DNA of 64,000 bases from Dehalococcoidia bacterium (lineage in GTDB: Bacteria; Chloroflexota; Dehalococcoidia; UBA2979), in contig DASCRM010000017.1 in NCBI GenBank assembly GCA_034406555.1, forward strand, positions 1,053 through 65,052, in the 5' to 3' direction. Positions 1-8,811 of the stretch are shown in pieces. How positions within the stretch are numbered: the first letter of the stretch is position 1; each line of letters starts with the position of its first letter. The position numbers were made by a program, and so were the translations under genes. The notes beneath the pieces are model-generated. The model saw only the letters and a program-made list of their open reading frames with translations. It ran no database searches and was not told where the DNA came from.

Positions 1-820
1 GCGGGTCGTCGCACTCGCTCACCGGCGGGAGCTGCCAGGCGTTGTCCGGCAGGTAGGAGAGGAACGCCTGGATCTGCCGGAAGGCGTCGTCCTCGTCCTC
101 CGCCTCGTTGTCGACCGCGCCGCTCTGGTAGACGTGGATGTGGGAGCCGCCCAGCTCCTCGTTCGCCTGCTGGCGATCCGCAGGCATCTCGTAGCCCATG
201 CCGCGCTGCACGACGACCGGGCCCGCGATGAACATCTGCGAGGTGCCCTTCACCATCACCGAGAAATGCGCAGCAGCGACTCGTGCCGCGCCGATGCCGG
301 CCACGGAGCCCATCGCGGCAGCGACGACTGGCACCTCTGCCAGCATCTGCACCATCGTCTCCCACGCGGGATTGCCGGGGATGTAGGTGCGTCCGATGTC
401 CTCGATCGTACGCACGCTCCCGCCGCCGCCGGTGCCATCGATCAGCCGCACGATCGGGGTCTTCAGCTCTCGCGCCATGCGCTCGGCATGGCCGCTTTTG
501 CCGCCGACTGCCCCGTCGGCAGCGCCGCCGCGCACCGTGAAGTCGTCGCCACCGACGACGACCGTGCGCCCGTTGATCTTCGCCGTGCCCATCACGTAGT
601 TGGAGGGTGAGAAGCTGCTCAGCTCCCCGTCGGTGTACTCCGTGCGGCCGGCCAGCGAACCGCGTTCGCGGAAGGTTCCGGCGTCGAGCAACCGGTCGAG
701 GCGTTCGCGGACCGTGAGGCGGCCACGAGCGTGGTGCGTCTCGATGCGCTCCTCGCCGCCGAGCTCGTACGCGAGCTCCTTACGGCGCTGAAGTTCCTCG
801 ATATCGTCTTGCCAGGTCAT
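1..820 (-). CDS. acyl-CoA carboxylase carboxyltransferase (beta) subunit, N-terminal ~273 aa; 3' end runs off the window
   Basis: Absent from the ORF track because there is no stop in the window. My translation from ATG (820..818, minus) gives MTWQDDIEELQRRKELAYELGGEERIETHHARGRLTVRERLDRLLDAGTFRE...VVGGDDFTVRGGA...RLIDGTGGGGSV, the typical N-terminal half of PccB/AccD-type carboxyltransferases. Confidence 0.85.
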   Translation of the reverse strand, partial: MTWQDDIEELQRRKELAYELGGEERIETHHARGRLTVRERLDRLLDAGTFRERGSLAGRTEYTDGELSSFSPSNYVMGTAKINGRTVVVGGDDFTVRGGAADGAVGGKSGHAERMARELKTPIVRLIDGTGGGGSVRTIEDIGRTYIPGNPAWETMVQMLAEVPVVAAAMGSVAGIGAARVAAAHFSVMVKGTSQMFIAGPVVVQRGMGYEMPADRQQANEELGGSHIHVYQSGAVDNEAEDEDDAFRQIQAFLSYLPDNAWQLPPVSECDDP

Positions 821-863
821 GGATCGCCCCCTGCGCGTCTACTTGCTGGGAGGGACGCCCGGG

Positions 864-1076
864 TTAGGTGTCGAGTCGCAGCAGCGTCTCGCCCTCTTCG
901 ACGTACGCCTCTAGCTCGACGAGGATCTCCGCGACGGTGCCGTCGGCGGGTGCCTCAACCGGTGTCAGCATCTTCATGGACTCGAGCGTGAGCAGCTCTT
1001 GCTCCGCCTTCACGACGTCACCGACCGCGACAGCGATCTCGGCGATTTTCCCCGGCCACTCGGCTTTCACGTCCAT
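864..1076 (-). CDS. stand-alone biotinyl/lipoyl-attachment domain protein (mini-BCCP, 70 aa)
   Basis: ORF track 70 aa. It has the biotinylation motif E-S-M-K-M (LLTLESMKMLTPVEAP) and the hammerhead-like GTVAEILVE...GETLLRL. It lies 43 bp upstream of the carboxyltransferase on the same strand. Confidence 0.85.
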   Translation of the reverse strand: MDVKAEWPGKIAEIAVAVGDVVKAEQELLTLESMKMLTPVEAPADGTVAEILVELEAYVEEGETLLRLDT

Positions 1077-1154
1077 CTTATCGTCCTCCCGACAGTTTTC
1101 TACGTAGCGCGTAACACTGGCTCGACCCGCCGTTTCGGGTCAAGCGAAGGGACA

Positions 1155-3536
1155 CTACCCCGGCGGTCGGTCGACGATCACGCCGTCTTCGTAGAGTGCC
1201 GCGACGTCCCCGTCCGACATCCCGAGCAACCCGCCGAGCACGGCCTCGTTGTCACCGCCGAGCGTCGGCGCGGGCGCGTACTGCGCGTACCCACGGTCGC
1301 CGTCGAAGTGCACCGGCGATCCGTCGTAGCGCTGGACGCCGTTGTCGGGTTCATCGAGGTCGATCCAGTAGCCCCGCGCCGCGAGATGTGGGTCGGCCAT
1401 CACCTCGGGTGAGGAGTAGACGGCGCCCGCAGGCACGCCTGCGGCCTGCAGCTCGCTCATCAGCGCGACCTTCTCAAAGCCGACGGTCCACGCCTCGATC
1501 GCCTCGTCGAGCGCCTCACGGTGCTTCAGGCGGGCCTCGTTGGTGGCGAAGCGGGGGTCGTCTGCCCAGCCCGCGCCTGCTGCGCCCGCGAGCCCCTGCC
1601 ACTGCCGCTCGTCAGTGGCGGCGATCGTGATCCAGTCGTCGTCCCCGGCGCAGCGGTAGACGCCATGCGGCGCGACGGCACGGTCCGCGTTGCCGATGCG
1701 CGAGGGCTCAATCCCGGCCTGCTGCCGCTCAATCAGCTGCTCGCCGATCATCACCACGCCGGTCTCGTGTTGCGAAAGGTCGATCAACCCGCCCTCGCCG
1801 GTGCGCTCGCGGCGGTCGAGCGCGGTCACTACCGCCACAGCGGCAGCGATGCCACCCATTGCGTCGGTGAGCGCCTTCGAGGTGACGCGCGGCTCGTGAT
1901 CGGAGTAGCCCATGATCGCCGTCAGCCCGATCAGCGGCTCGATGCTTGGCCCGAGCCCGATGTAGTCGCGGTAGGGCCCCTGCTGGCCGAAGGCCTGCAT
2001 CGCCACATAGATGATCTGGTCGTTCGCCTGCTTCATCTCCTCGTAGCCGAGACCAAGACCGGGCATCGTGCGTGCGCTGAAGTTTTCGATCACGACATCG
2101 GCCTCGGCGACGAGCCCCAAGAAGATCGCCCGCCCCTGCTCCGATTTGAGGTCAATCGCAACGCTGCGCTTGTTGCGGTTCAGCTTGTTGAACAACCCCT
2201 GTCGGTTCCAATGATTCTCCGGCGCGTCCGAACCGAGGATGTTGCCGATGCCGGGCGGCAGCACCGCCGGGCCACGGCCGAGCTGCGCCTCGATCTTCAC
2301 GACGTCCGCGCCCATGTCGCCCAGGATCAGCGTGCTGAGCGGTCCCGACCAGATGCGCGTCAGGTCGAGGATGCGGACACCATCGAGTGGCCGCGCGGGC
2401 GCAGGCAGGCTCGCAGCCGAAGCACCGTTCGAGGTGCCCTCGGGCAGTTCGCCGAGCACCGCTTCGGTGTCCGCACCGGACGCGACGGGTGCGTGCTCCG
2501 TGGGGCGCTCCTGGCCGACGTAGAAGAACGGCGAGCCGGTCGTTCGCAGCCCCTCAGCACCCTCGGTCATACCCTCGATCGGCCGCCAGAACTCGCGGTC
2601 GTTGAGGTGAGGGTCCTCGAGCGTGTCCTGCAACGAAACTGCGTAACCAACAGGCACGCGCCAGGTCTCCTGCCCCTCCGTGAAGATGCGCTGCTTCGAC
2701 CAGTCCTTGAAGACGTCGTGGATGATCTCCTCAAGCTCGTCGATATGCTCCATGCGGTCGTTGTTGTTGAGGAAGCGAGGGTCGTCGGCCAGTTCGGGGT
2801 GGCCGATCATCAGCGTGAACGGTGTCCAGAAGTTGGGCAGGATATTGCAGCCCCACCAGCCGTCCTTGCACGGCATCAGGCTGGTCGGCGCGAGATTCTC
2901 CCAACGGTTGCCGTGGCGGCTGCGGACCAACCCGGCGTTGGTGAGCATGGTGAACGTGAACTGGTGCAGGCTTGCCAGCACCTCCATCGCGCTCACCTCC
3001 ACGCGCACCGGCGGCGCGCCGTCTTCGCCGCGAGTGCGAAGCTGGGCCGCCAGCGAGGCGATATAGGCGTAGGAGCCGGCCTGGTAGTGCGGGTAGTTGC
3101 CCGGCATCGTCAGCGGTGCGCGACCGATGTCGCCGTGCAGCCACGTGTACCCGCCGAGTGCGAGCAGCGTGGAGCGGGTCGCCTCCCAGGCGCGATACGG
3201 CCCGCTCAGCCCGAACGGCGTGACGCTGGTGCGCACCGCCGGGCCGGCATCACCGCCGAGGTCAAGCAAGCCGAGGTCATCGACCTCCCGGGCCGTCGCG
3301 TCGGTGACCAGCACATCGCAGCTCGCAGCGAGACGATCGAGCGTCCCGCGCTGCGCCAAGTCGCGATAGTCGAGCGCTACGCGCCGCTTGCCGCCGTGGA
3401 GGTAGAGCTCGAGCGACTCTCGCGCGGCTGGGCGATCGGGCAGTTCGACGCGGATCACCTCCGCGCCCCAGCGCGCGTAGAGCTTCCCGCAGTACGCCGC
3501 AGCCTCGTCGCGCTCGCTCAGTTCGAGTACCCGCAT
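1155..3536 (-). CDS. tandem (two-domain) family III CoA-transferase (CaiB/BaiF family), ~793 aa
   Basis: The ORF 1155..3755 contains two N-terminal-type motifs: MRVLELSERDEAAAYCGKLYARWGAEVIRVE and, mid-protein, LDGVRILDLTRIWSGPLSTLILGDMGADVVKIE. I place the start at ATG 3536 (MRVLEL). The upstream extension overlaps the TlpA-like gene and reads as junk. Confidence 0.8.
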   Translation of the reverse strand: MRVLELSERDEAAAYCGKLYARWGAEVIRVELPDRPAARESLELYLHGGKRRVALDYRDLAQRGTLDRLAASCDVLVTDATAREVDDLGLLDLGGDAGPAVRTSVTPFGLSGPYRAWEATRSTLLALGGYTWLHGDIGRAPLTMPGNYPHYQAGSYAYIASLAAQLRTRGEDGAPPVRVEVSAMEVLASLHQFTFTMLTNAGLVRSRHGNRWENLAPTSLMPCKDGWWGCNILPNFWTPFTLMIGHPELADDPRFLNNNDRMEHIDELEEIIHDVFKDWSKQRIFTEGQETWRVPVGYAVSLQDTLEDPHLNDREFWRPIEGMTEGAEGLRTTGSPFFYVGQERPTEHAPVASGADTEAVLGELPEGTSNGASAASLPAPARPLDGVRILDLTRIWSGPLSTLILGDMGADVVKIEAQLGRGPAVLPPGIGNILGSDAPENHWNRQGLFNKLNRNKRSVAIDLKSEQGRAIFLGLVAEADVVIENFSARTMPGLGLGYEEMKQANDQIIYVAMQAFGQQGPYRDYIGLGPSIEPLIGLTAIMGYSDHEPRVTSKALTDAMGGIAAAVAVVTALDRRERTGEGGLIDLSQHETGVVMIGEQLIERQQAGIEPSRIGNADRAVAPHGVYRCAGDDDWITIAATDERQWQGLAGAAGAGWADDPRFATNEARLKHREALDEAIEAWTVGFEKVALMSELQAAGVPAGAVYSSPEVMADPHLAARGYWIDLDEPDNGVQRYDGSPVHFDGDRGYAQYAPAPTLGGDNEAVLGGLLGMSDGDVAALYEDGVIVDRPPG

Positions 3537-3585
3537 GAGGGGTACAACTACAGCATCGGGGGGCGATTCGCCAGCGGTCGCGCCG

Positions 3586-4194
3586 CTACGACCCTCCGGC
3601 TGCGTCCGCCAGCGCGACGCCGTCGGCGAGCAGATTGCCGAAGACCGGGCCCAGCGACTTCTGTCGCAGGATGCCGTCGCGGTCGATGAAGAAGGTCGAT
3701 GGCAGGCCTCGTACGCCGTAGTGCTGGACGATCTCGTCGCTGGCGTCGAAGCCAACCTCGAAGGTCAGGCCGAACTCCTCGACGAACTCGCGTACCGCAC
3801 CTTCGGTGTCCTCAACCAGCTTGTCGACGGCGAGGATGGCGAAATCATCAGCGGCCTCACGCTGCTCGAAGATCTCCTGGAAGTCCGGCATCTCCGCCCG
3901 ACACGGCGGGCACCAGCTCGCCCAGAAGTTCAGCACCATGGTCTTGCCTCGGAAGTCGGAGAGCCGCACGACCTCGCCGCTGACGGTGAGGATGGCAAAG
4001 TCCGGGGCCAGCTCCCCGACCTTCACGCCGTTGCTGTCGATCAGGCCGAGCGCCGTGTCGCCCGCGCCGGCCTCGCTGCTGCTCAGGTACTCGCGCTGCA
4101 CGAACAGTCCGCCGATTACGGCGATGATCAGTGCGACGATCGAGTAGCGGATCAGCTGCTGACGGGGTGTTGGGGGGCCGTGTGAGAACGCCAC
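3586..4194 (-). CDS. TlpA/ResA-family thiol:disulfide oxidoreductase, membrane anchored
   Basis: N-terminal TM segment ([16 protein letters not shown]) and thioredoxin motif [15 protein letters not shown]. Confidence 0.85.
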   Translation of the reverse strand: MAFSHGPPTPRQQLIRYSIVALIIAVIGGLFVQREYLSSSEAGAGDTALGLIDSNGVKVGELAPDFAILTVSGEVVRLSDFRGKTMVLNFWASWCPPCRAEMPDFQEIFEQREAADDFAILAVDKLVEDTEGAVREFVEEFGLTFEVGFDASDEIVQHYGVRGLPSTFFIDRDGILRQKSLGPVFGNLLADGVALADAAGGS

Positions 4195-4275
4195 GAGGGG
4201 CTCCGTCTTTGAGTGGACAACCGGTCCACTAAATCCATTGTCGACCGCCTGAGCGCCCGGAGTGTCAGAGAAGTG

Positions 4276-5544
4276 TTACCCGCCCGTGTTGCCTATGATA
4301 ATCTTGGTCTCCGGCATGAATGTCGCCCACGCAAACCAGAAGTGGTTGCCGGAAATCACCGGATCCAGCGCGGCACCCGCCAGTCCCCCGGTCCGTGCCT
4401 TGCCGAGCACGTCCCAGACAGTGCCGGTCTTCGTGTCCACGATCGCGCCATCGCGCGACTCAAACGTCAGACGCTCGCCATCGAGGAAGGGTGAGAACGC
4501 CCCGGCAGCGCCGATGTTGCGGCTGCCGATGATGAACGACTCGTCAAGCGCGGAGACCGCCCCCGACTGCCAGAAGGCGACGACGGGTTGGCCCGCGACA
4601 TCCGTCTCCATCACCACCTCCGTGGAGAGTGAGGCGAACGGGAACGCGCCCGCATCGCCATCGATCTCGACCGTCAGCACGCGCTCCTTGCCATCGAAGT
4701 CCTCGTCGAGCGGGAACATCGGGCTACTGCCGACGCGGTCGTAGCCGGAGTACGGGTTGCGGCCGTAGTCGTAGCGGTAGCCGGTACTGCGCGAGAGCAC
4801 AACGGCGTCCGGATGCGCCAGGTCAAACTCCGCCCATGAGACGATCTGCGAGGCCAGCATCGTGAGTCGCTTGCCGGTGTCGTCGCCAACGATTGCTTCG
4901 CCGGTGATCTGCTGCCAGAACGACTCGTCGGTGCGATCGAACATCACGAGGTCGTTGACTCGCACCAGGCCGCTGACACCGAACGGCCGCTCCTCACCAT
5001 CGACGCGACGGTCGAAGGTGGTCGACGTGTTGCAGAGCGGGCAGAACGTCACCGCGACCGGCACGCCCCCGATCACGTCGTTCACGATCTCGTGCCTGAT
5101 CAGAATGTCGATCGGGTAGGCACGGACTTCGCCGTTGACCTCCAACGCGATCACGGGACTCTGTGGCTCGATCATGCGGGCCGCTTCTTCATGGCTGATG
5201 AATTGTGGTTCGTTGAGTGCCGGAATGCCGTCCTTGCCGGGCCCGCCGGGAATCAGGTCATCGAGGTTGATGCTGCGGATCGCCCAGTTCGTCTCGCTGT
5301 ATCGCCCACCTATTGCGTTGAAGATCAGTTCCTCGCGCTCCGTGAACGGCCGGTCGAAGACGGAGTGGTCGATCTCTCCCGTCGTCGGCGTGGGGCTTGC
5401 CGTCACAACCGCGGCCACGACCGTCGTCGCTGGTGCGGCCGTCGCCGCGCTACTTACGCCTGCGGTGTCGTCGTCGCCACCGCAGGCGACGGCGAGCGCC
5501 GCCGCGAACAGCACAGTTTCTGCGAGCCAGTTTCGTCGGTTCAT
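4276..5544 (-). CDS. DUF3179-family secreted/lipoprotein
   Basis: Signal/lipobox-like MNRRNWLAETVLFAAALAVACGGDDD. The body carries PVIALEVNGEVRAYPIDIL...VAVTFCPLCNTSTTFDR...FGVSGLVRVNDLVMFDR...FWQQITGEAIVG, characteristic of DUF3179. The start is taken at the internal ATG 5544 of the 500-aa ORF. Confidence 0.8.
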   Translation of the reverse strand: MNRRNWLAETVLFAAALAVACGGDDDTAGVSSAATAAPATTVVAAVVTASPTPTTGEIDHSVFDRPFTEREELIFNAIGGRYSETNWAIRSINLDDLIPGGPGKDGIPALNEPQFISHEEAARMIEPQSPVIALEVNGEVRAYPIDILIRHEIVNDVIGGVPVAVTFCPLCNTSTTFDRRVDGEERPFGVSGLVRVNDLVMFDRTDESFWQQITGEAIVGDDTGKRLTMLASQIVSWAEFDLAHPDAVVLSRSTGYRYDYGRNPYSGYDRVGSSPMFPLDEDFDGKERVLTVEIDGDAGAFPFASLSTEVVMETDVAGQPVVAFWQSGAVSALDESFIIGSRNIGAAGAFSPFLDGERLTFESRDGAIVDTKTGTVWDVLGKARTGGLAGAALDPVISGNHFWFAWATFMPETKIIIGNTGG

Positions 5545-5808
5545 GCGTGCACCCCAGCCGTCAGCGCCTGCAGTAGTTCGTCCTCGTCCGGCGATCCCCT
5601 GCGAGAAGATCTTGCCATCGATCGTCAGCACCGGAGCGTGCCAGCCCCCGCGACGCAGCGCGTCGAAGAGGTGGTTGAACCAGGGCTTCACTTTCACTTC
5701 GACATCGCCGACCTGCTCAGCGGCTCTGCGCGCCGTGCGGATCGTGAGGTCACACTCTTCGCACCACGAATGTGGCACCCGGAAAAACAGCTGCCGGCCC
5801 GTGATGGG
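5541..5808 (-). pseudogene. glutaredoxin/thioredoxin-like CxxC protein with unresolved reading frame (frameshifted, or fused in frame to DUF3179)
   Basis: The frame of ORF 4276..5778 reads (PITGRQ)LFFRVPHSWCEECDL...HAPVLTIDGKIFSQG and then runs without a stop into the DUF3179 signal peptide. A -1 shift at the G4 run (5596..5599) would give QGSPDEDELLQALTAGVHA-stop, with TGA overlapping the DUF3179 ATG (ATGA). No ATG/GTG/TTG lies upstream of the beta1 strand in frame. Confidence 0.45.
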
Positions 5809-5970
5809 CTAGACCGTGATCTCGCGTTTGGCATTGGTTGGGACGTCCCTTCTTGTCCTGATCCGATGGTATGCGGGAGCGGTCGATCCCTCGGGTAAGC
5901 CGGATCACGCCCCCGGCTGACGGTACCCGCGGCACTGTCCGCACCCGGGAACCGCGGTTAGGATTGCGCC

Positions 5971-6768
5971 GTGACCAACGAACTCGACCGCGACACCCTC
6001 ACGCGCTGCGCCGACCTGCTCGCGCAGGCCCGCCACGCGGTGGCGCTGGCCGGTGCCGGCATGTCGAAGGAGTCCGGCGTCCCCACCTTTCGAGGCGAGG
6101 GCGGGCTCTGGACGGAGCGCGGCGAACCGCCCCTCAATCAGTACGACGGCTTCCGCGAGGACCCAAAGCGCTGGTGGGAACGGCGGCTTGAGCAGGCGCA
6201 GAGCGTCGACGGCTTCGGCACGGCGCTGGAAGCTGCTGAGCCGAACGCGGGACACCGCGCGCTGGCCGAACTGGAGGAGCTCGGCGTGCTCGGGCACCTG
6301 ATCTCGCAGAACATCGACGACCTCCATCGTCAGGCCGGGCAACGCTCGCTGACCGAGATCCACGGCAACCGCCACTGGATGCGCTGCGTCGGCTGCGAGA
6401 CCCGCTGGCCGAGGCAGGAGTTTCCCGTAGACGCCGAGAATCTGCCACCGCGTTGCTCCCAGCCGGGATGCGACGGCATCGTGAAGGGCGACACCGTGAT
6501 GTTCGGCGAGCCGATCCCACCCTCGGCGTTGGTGCGGTCGCAGGAGGAGACGATGCGCGCGGACGTCTTCCTCTCGATCGGCACCTCGGCGCTCGTCTAC
6601 CCGGCCGCCCAGTACCCGATGCTCGCGGTGCAACGAGGGGTGCAGCTGATCGAGATCAACCCGGAGCCGACGCCGCTGACGGAGGTCGCCAGCGAGGTGC
6701 TGCGCGGGCCGTCCGGCGAAATACTGCCGCTGCTCGTCGACGCTGTACGCGATCGGCTCGACCCCTGA
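5971..6768 (+). CDS. cobB: NAD-dependent protein deacylase, Sir2 family
   Basis: GAGMSKESGVPTFRG, QNIDDLHRQAG, HG..H..RC..C....(zinc ribbon CVGC...C..C), FLSIGTSALVYPAA. GTG start. Confidence 0.9.
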   Translation: MTNELDRDTLTRCADLLAQARHAVALAGAGMSKESGVPTFRGEGGLWTERGEPPLNQYDGFREDPKRWWERRLEQAQSVDGFGTALEAAEPNAGHRALAELEELGVLGHLISQNIDDLHRQAGQRSLTEIHGNRHWMRCVGCETRWPRQEFPVDAENLPPRCSQPGCDGIVKGDTVMFGEPIPPSALVRSQEETMRADVFLSIGTSALVYPAAQYPMLAVQRGVQLIEINPEPTPLTEVASEVLRGPSGEILPLLVDAVRDRLDP

Positions 6769-6819
6769 ACCGGCCCACCCCCCCAAACCGGCCCGCTCGA
6801 CCGTGCGAGGTGCGCTGAG

Positions 6820-7776
6820 ATGCCGGGCATCCTGATCGGTACCGACGACGGCGTGCTCGAGGTGATTCCCGGCGAAGAGCCGGTGCGCTTCCTCGACGGC
6901 ATGCGCATCAGCTCGATCGACTACCGCGATGGCGTCGCGGCCGCCGCCGTGCCCGGGCATGGAGTCTGGGTCAGCCTCAGCAACGCCGGGCACCAGTTCA
7001 CGCGCTGGAGCGGGGAAGGCTGGACGCAGGTCTGGGAGGGCGATGCCCACACTGTGCGCGCCTCCCCCGGCGGGGAGATCTACGTCGGCGCCTCGCCCCC
7101 TGCCCTCTTCGCGGTCTTCCCCGGCGCGGTCGAGGCGAACGAGCTCGGCGCGTTCCGTGGCGCGCTGCGTGGGGAGTCCGGCACGGGCACGGAGGTGGTC
7201 GCGATCGGCTTCCCGGACAGCGGGCCGGAGGGCATCCTCTACGCCGCCGTCGCGGGCGGCGCGGTGTGGTGCGCGCCCGATCCCGGCACCACGCTGCAGT
7301 TCGAACGCTTCGAGAAGCGCTCCGACGGGCTGGGCAGTGACCTGCGCGGACTGTGGGTGCATCCGGAACGACCGGACCGCGTCTTCGCCAGCACCGCCAG
7401 CGGCTTCTTCCGCTCGGACGATGCCGGGCGCACGTGGGTGCAGTCGATCTCCGGCCTCGATCGCGGCCGCGCGAGCAGCCTCGTGGTGATGCCGGGGTCG
7501 TCGGACGCGCTCGTGCTGGCATGCGCCCGACGTGAGCCCGACCTCGATGGCGCGCTCTTCCGCTCGGCGAACGGCGGCGTCTCGTGGACGCGGCTGATGC
7601 TGGAGAACGAGGACGAGTGGGAACGCGCACCGCTCGTCGCTCGGCTCTGGGAGAGCGAGGACACGCTCTTTGCCGTCGCCGGAGAGAAGATCTGGGGCTC
7701 GCATGACGGCGGGCGCAGCTGGGTCGAGCTCGCCGATGGGATCTCGGCCGCCAACGCGATGGCGCCCGCCCTCTAA
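6820..7776 (+). CDS. BNR/Asp-box repeat beta-propeller protein (Ycf48/sialidase-like fold)
   Basis: Three Asp-box motifs S-x-D-x-G-x-[TS]-W: SDDAGRTW, SANGGVSW, SHDGGRSW. Confidence 0.7.
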   Translation: MPGILIGTDDGVLEVIPGEEPVRFLDGMRISSIDYRDGVAAAAVPGHGVWVSLSNAGHQFTRWSGEGWTQVWEGDAHTVRASPGGEIYVGASPPALFAVFPGAVEANELGAFRGALRGESGTGTEVVAIGFPDSGPEGILYAAVAGGAVWCAPDPGTTLQFERFEKRSDGLGSDLRGLWVHPERPDRVFASTASGFFRSDDAGRTWVQSISGLDRGRASSLVVMPGSSDALVLACARREPDLDGALFRSANGGVSWTRLMLENEDEWERAPLVARLWESEDTLFAVAGEKIWGSHDGGRSWVELADGISAANAMAPAL

Positions 7777-7909
7777 ATTCACGATTCTACGCAAATCTAC
7801 GTGTTTCAGCCTCTAACGAGGAGCGTGATAAACTCGAAGACCCAACGAGCGAACGTCGCTTTCGGTCCCGCGGGCACACCCACACCTTCACAACGTAACA
7901 GAGGACGCC

Positions 7910-8785
7910 ATGGCCAGTTCAACCCGACCGCGCGAAGAGTCAATCAAGGCCAACGGCCTGCAATTCCAGTACCAGGAATGGGGCGATGTCCGCACCAAGC
8001 ACGCGCTGGTTCTGCTGCACGGCTTCGCCGAGACGAAGGGCATCTGGGAAGAAGTCGGTCAGGAAATGGCCCGCGAATACCGCGTGATCGCGCTCGACCA
8101 GCGCGGCCACGGCAGCTCTGCCGCCGCCCCTGACAACGACTACAGCCGCGCGACACAGGTCGAAGACCTGGAGGCCGTGATCAGCGCGCTCGGTCTGCGC
8201 ACCATCACGCTGGTCGGCCACGCGATGGGTGGGGCAAACGCGATGTGCTACGCCGCCGAACACCCGGACGTGGTGACGGCGCTGGTGATCATCGAGACCG
8301 CGCCGGAGGTGCTGCGAACCGGCATGGAGCGGCTACGCAAACTCACCACCGGACCGAGTGAATTCACAACTATGGACGAGGTGATGGATCTCTACCGCGA
8401 GACCTATCCCGAGTCCACCACCGAGCAACTTGAGCGCCGCGTCCGAGGCTCGATCGTCGTCACCGACGAGGGCAGCTACACCTGGGCCTTCGACCGCGCC
8501 TTCCGCGACTCACGCATGCGCCCGCCGGAGCCGGACCCCGGTCAGCGCCGCCTGAACGACCTCTGGGATTGCGTCGACCGCGTGCAGTGCCCCGTGATGA
8601 TCGTGCGCGGCGCGGAGACCGACATGCTCACCCCGGAGGCGATCCAGCGCGTGCAGCGCCGGATCATCGGTTCCCGCATCTCGCTGATCGAAGGTGCCGG
8701 CCACTTCGTGCCGACCGACCAGCCCTCGCCGCTCTCGCTGAACATCCGCGAGTTCCTGCAGAACCTCGCCGCGACGCCGGCGTAG
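7910..8785 (+). CDS. alpha/beta-fold hydrolase family protein (nucleophile elbow reads G-H-A-M-G-G)
   Basis: LVLLHGFAETKGIW, VIALDQRGHGSS, TLVGHAMGGANAM and C-terminal GAGHFVPTDQP. The Ala codon GCG at 8222..8224 sits where Ser is expected. Confidence 0.8.
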   Translation: MASSTRPREESIKANGLQFQYQEWGDVRTKHALVLLHGFAETKGIWEEVGQEMAREYRVIALDQRGHGSSAAAPDNDYSRATQVEDLEAVISALGLRTITLVGHAMGGANAMCYAAEHPDVVTALVIIETAPEVLRTGMERLRKLTTGPSEFTTMDEVMDLYRETYPESTTEQLERRVRGSIVVTDEGSYTWAFDRAFRDSRMRPPEPDPGQRRLNDLWDCVDRVQCPVMIVRGAETDMLTPEAIQRVQRRIIGSRISLIEGAGHFVPTDQPSPLSLNIREFLQNLAATPA

Positions 8786-8811
8786 CCGTTGTTCAAGCGC
8801 CGACTGGTAGC

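Noticed and set aside
1521-3689. Very long ORFs opposite annotated genes. Examples are 1521..3689(+), 5905..7794(-), 19599..20906(-), 21000..22316(-), 34286..35563(-), 37906..39933(-), 42658..43692(-), 47773..48954(-), 59830..60828(-) and 63122..63715(-).
   Set aside because: Their translations are Arg/Ala/Gly/Pro-rich with no recognisable motifs. Each lies antisense to a gene with strong family signatures and high GC3. These are typical shadow ORFs of high-GC DNA.
8569-8811. N-terminal extensions offered by the ORF track for fabF (8569), the tandem CoA-transferase (3755), MFS-1 (15165), plsY (31282), pth (56440), nuoI (41807) and others.
   Set aside because: The extensions overlap neighbouring genes and are Arg/Pro-rich junk. 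Internal starts with RBS-like purine tracts coincide with the onset of family-conserved sequence.
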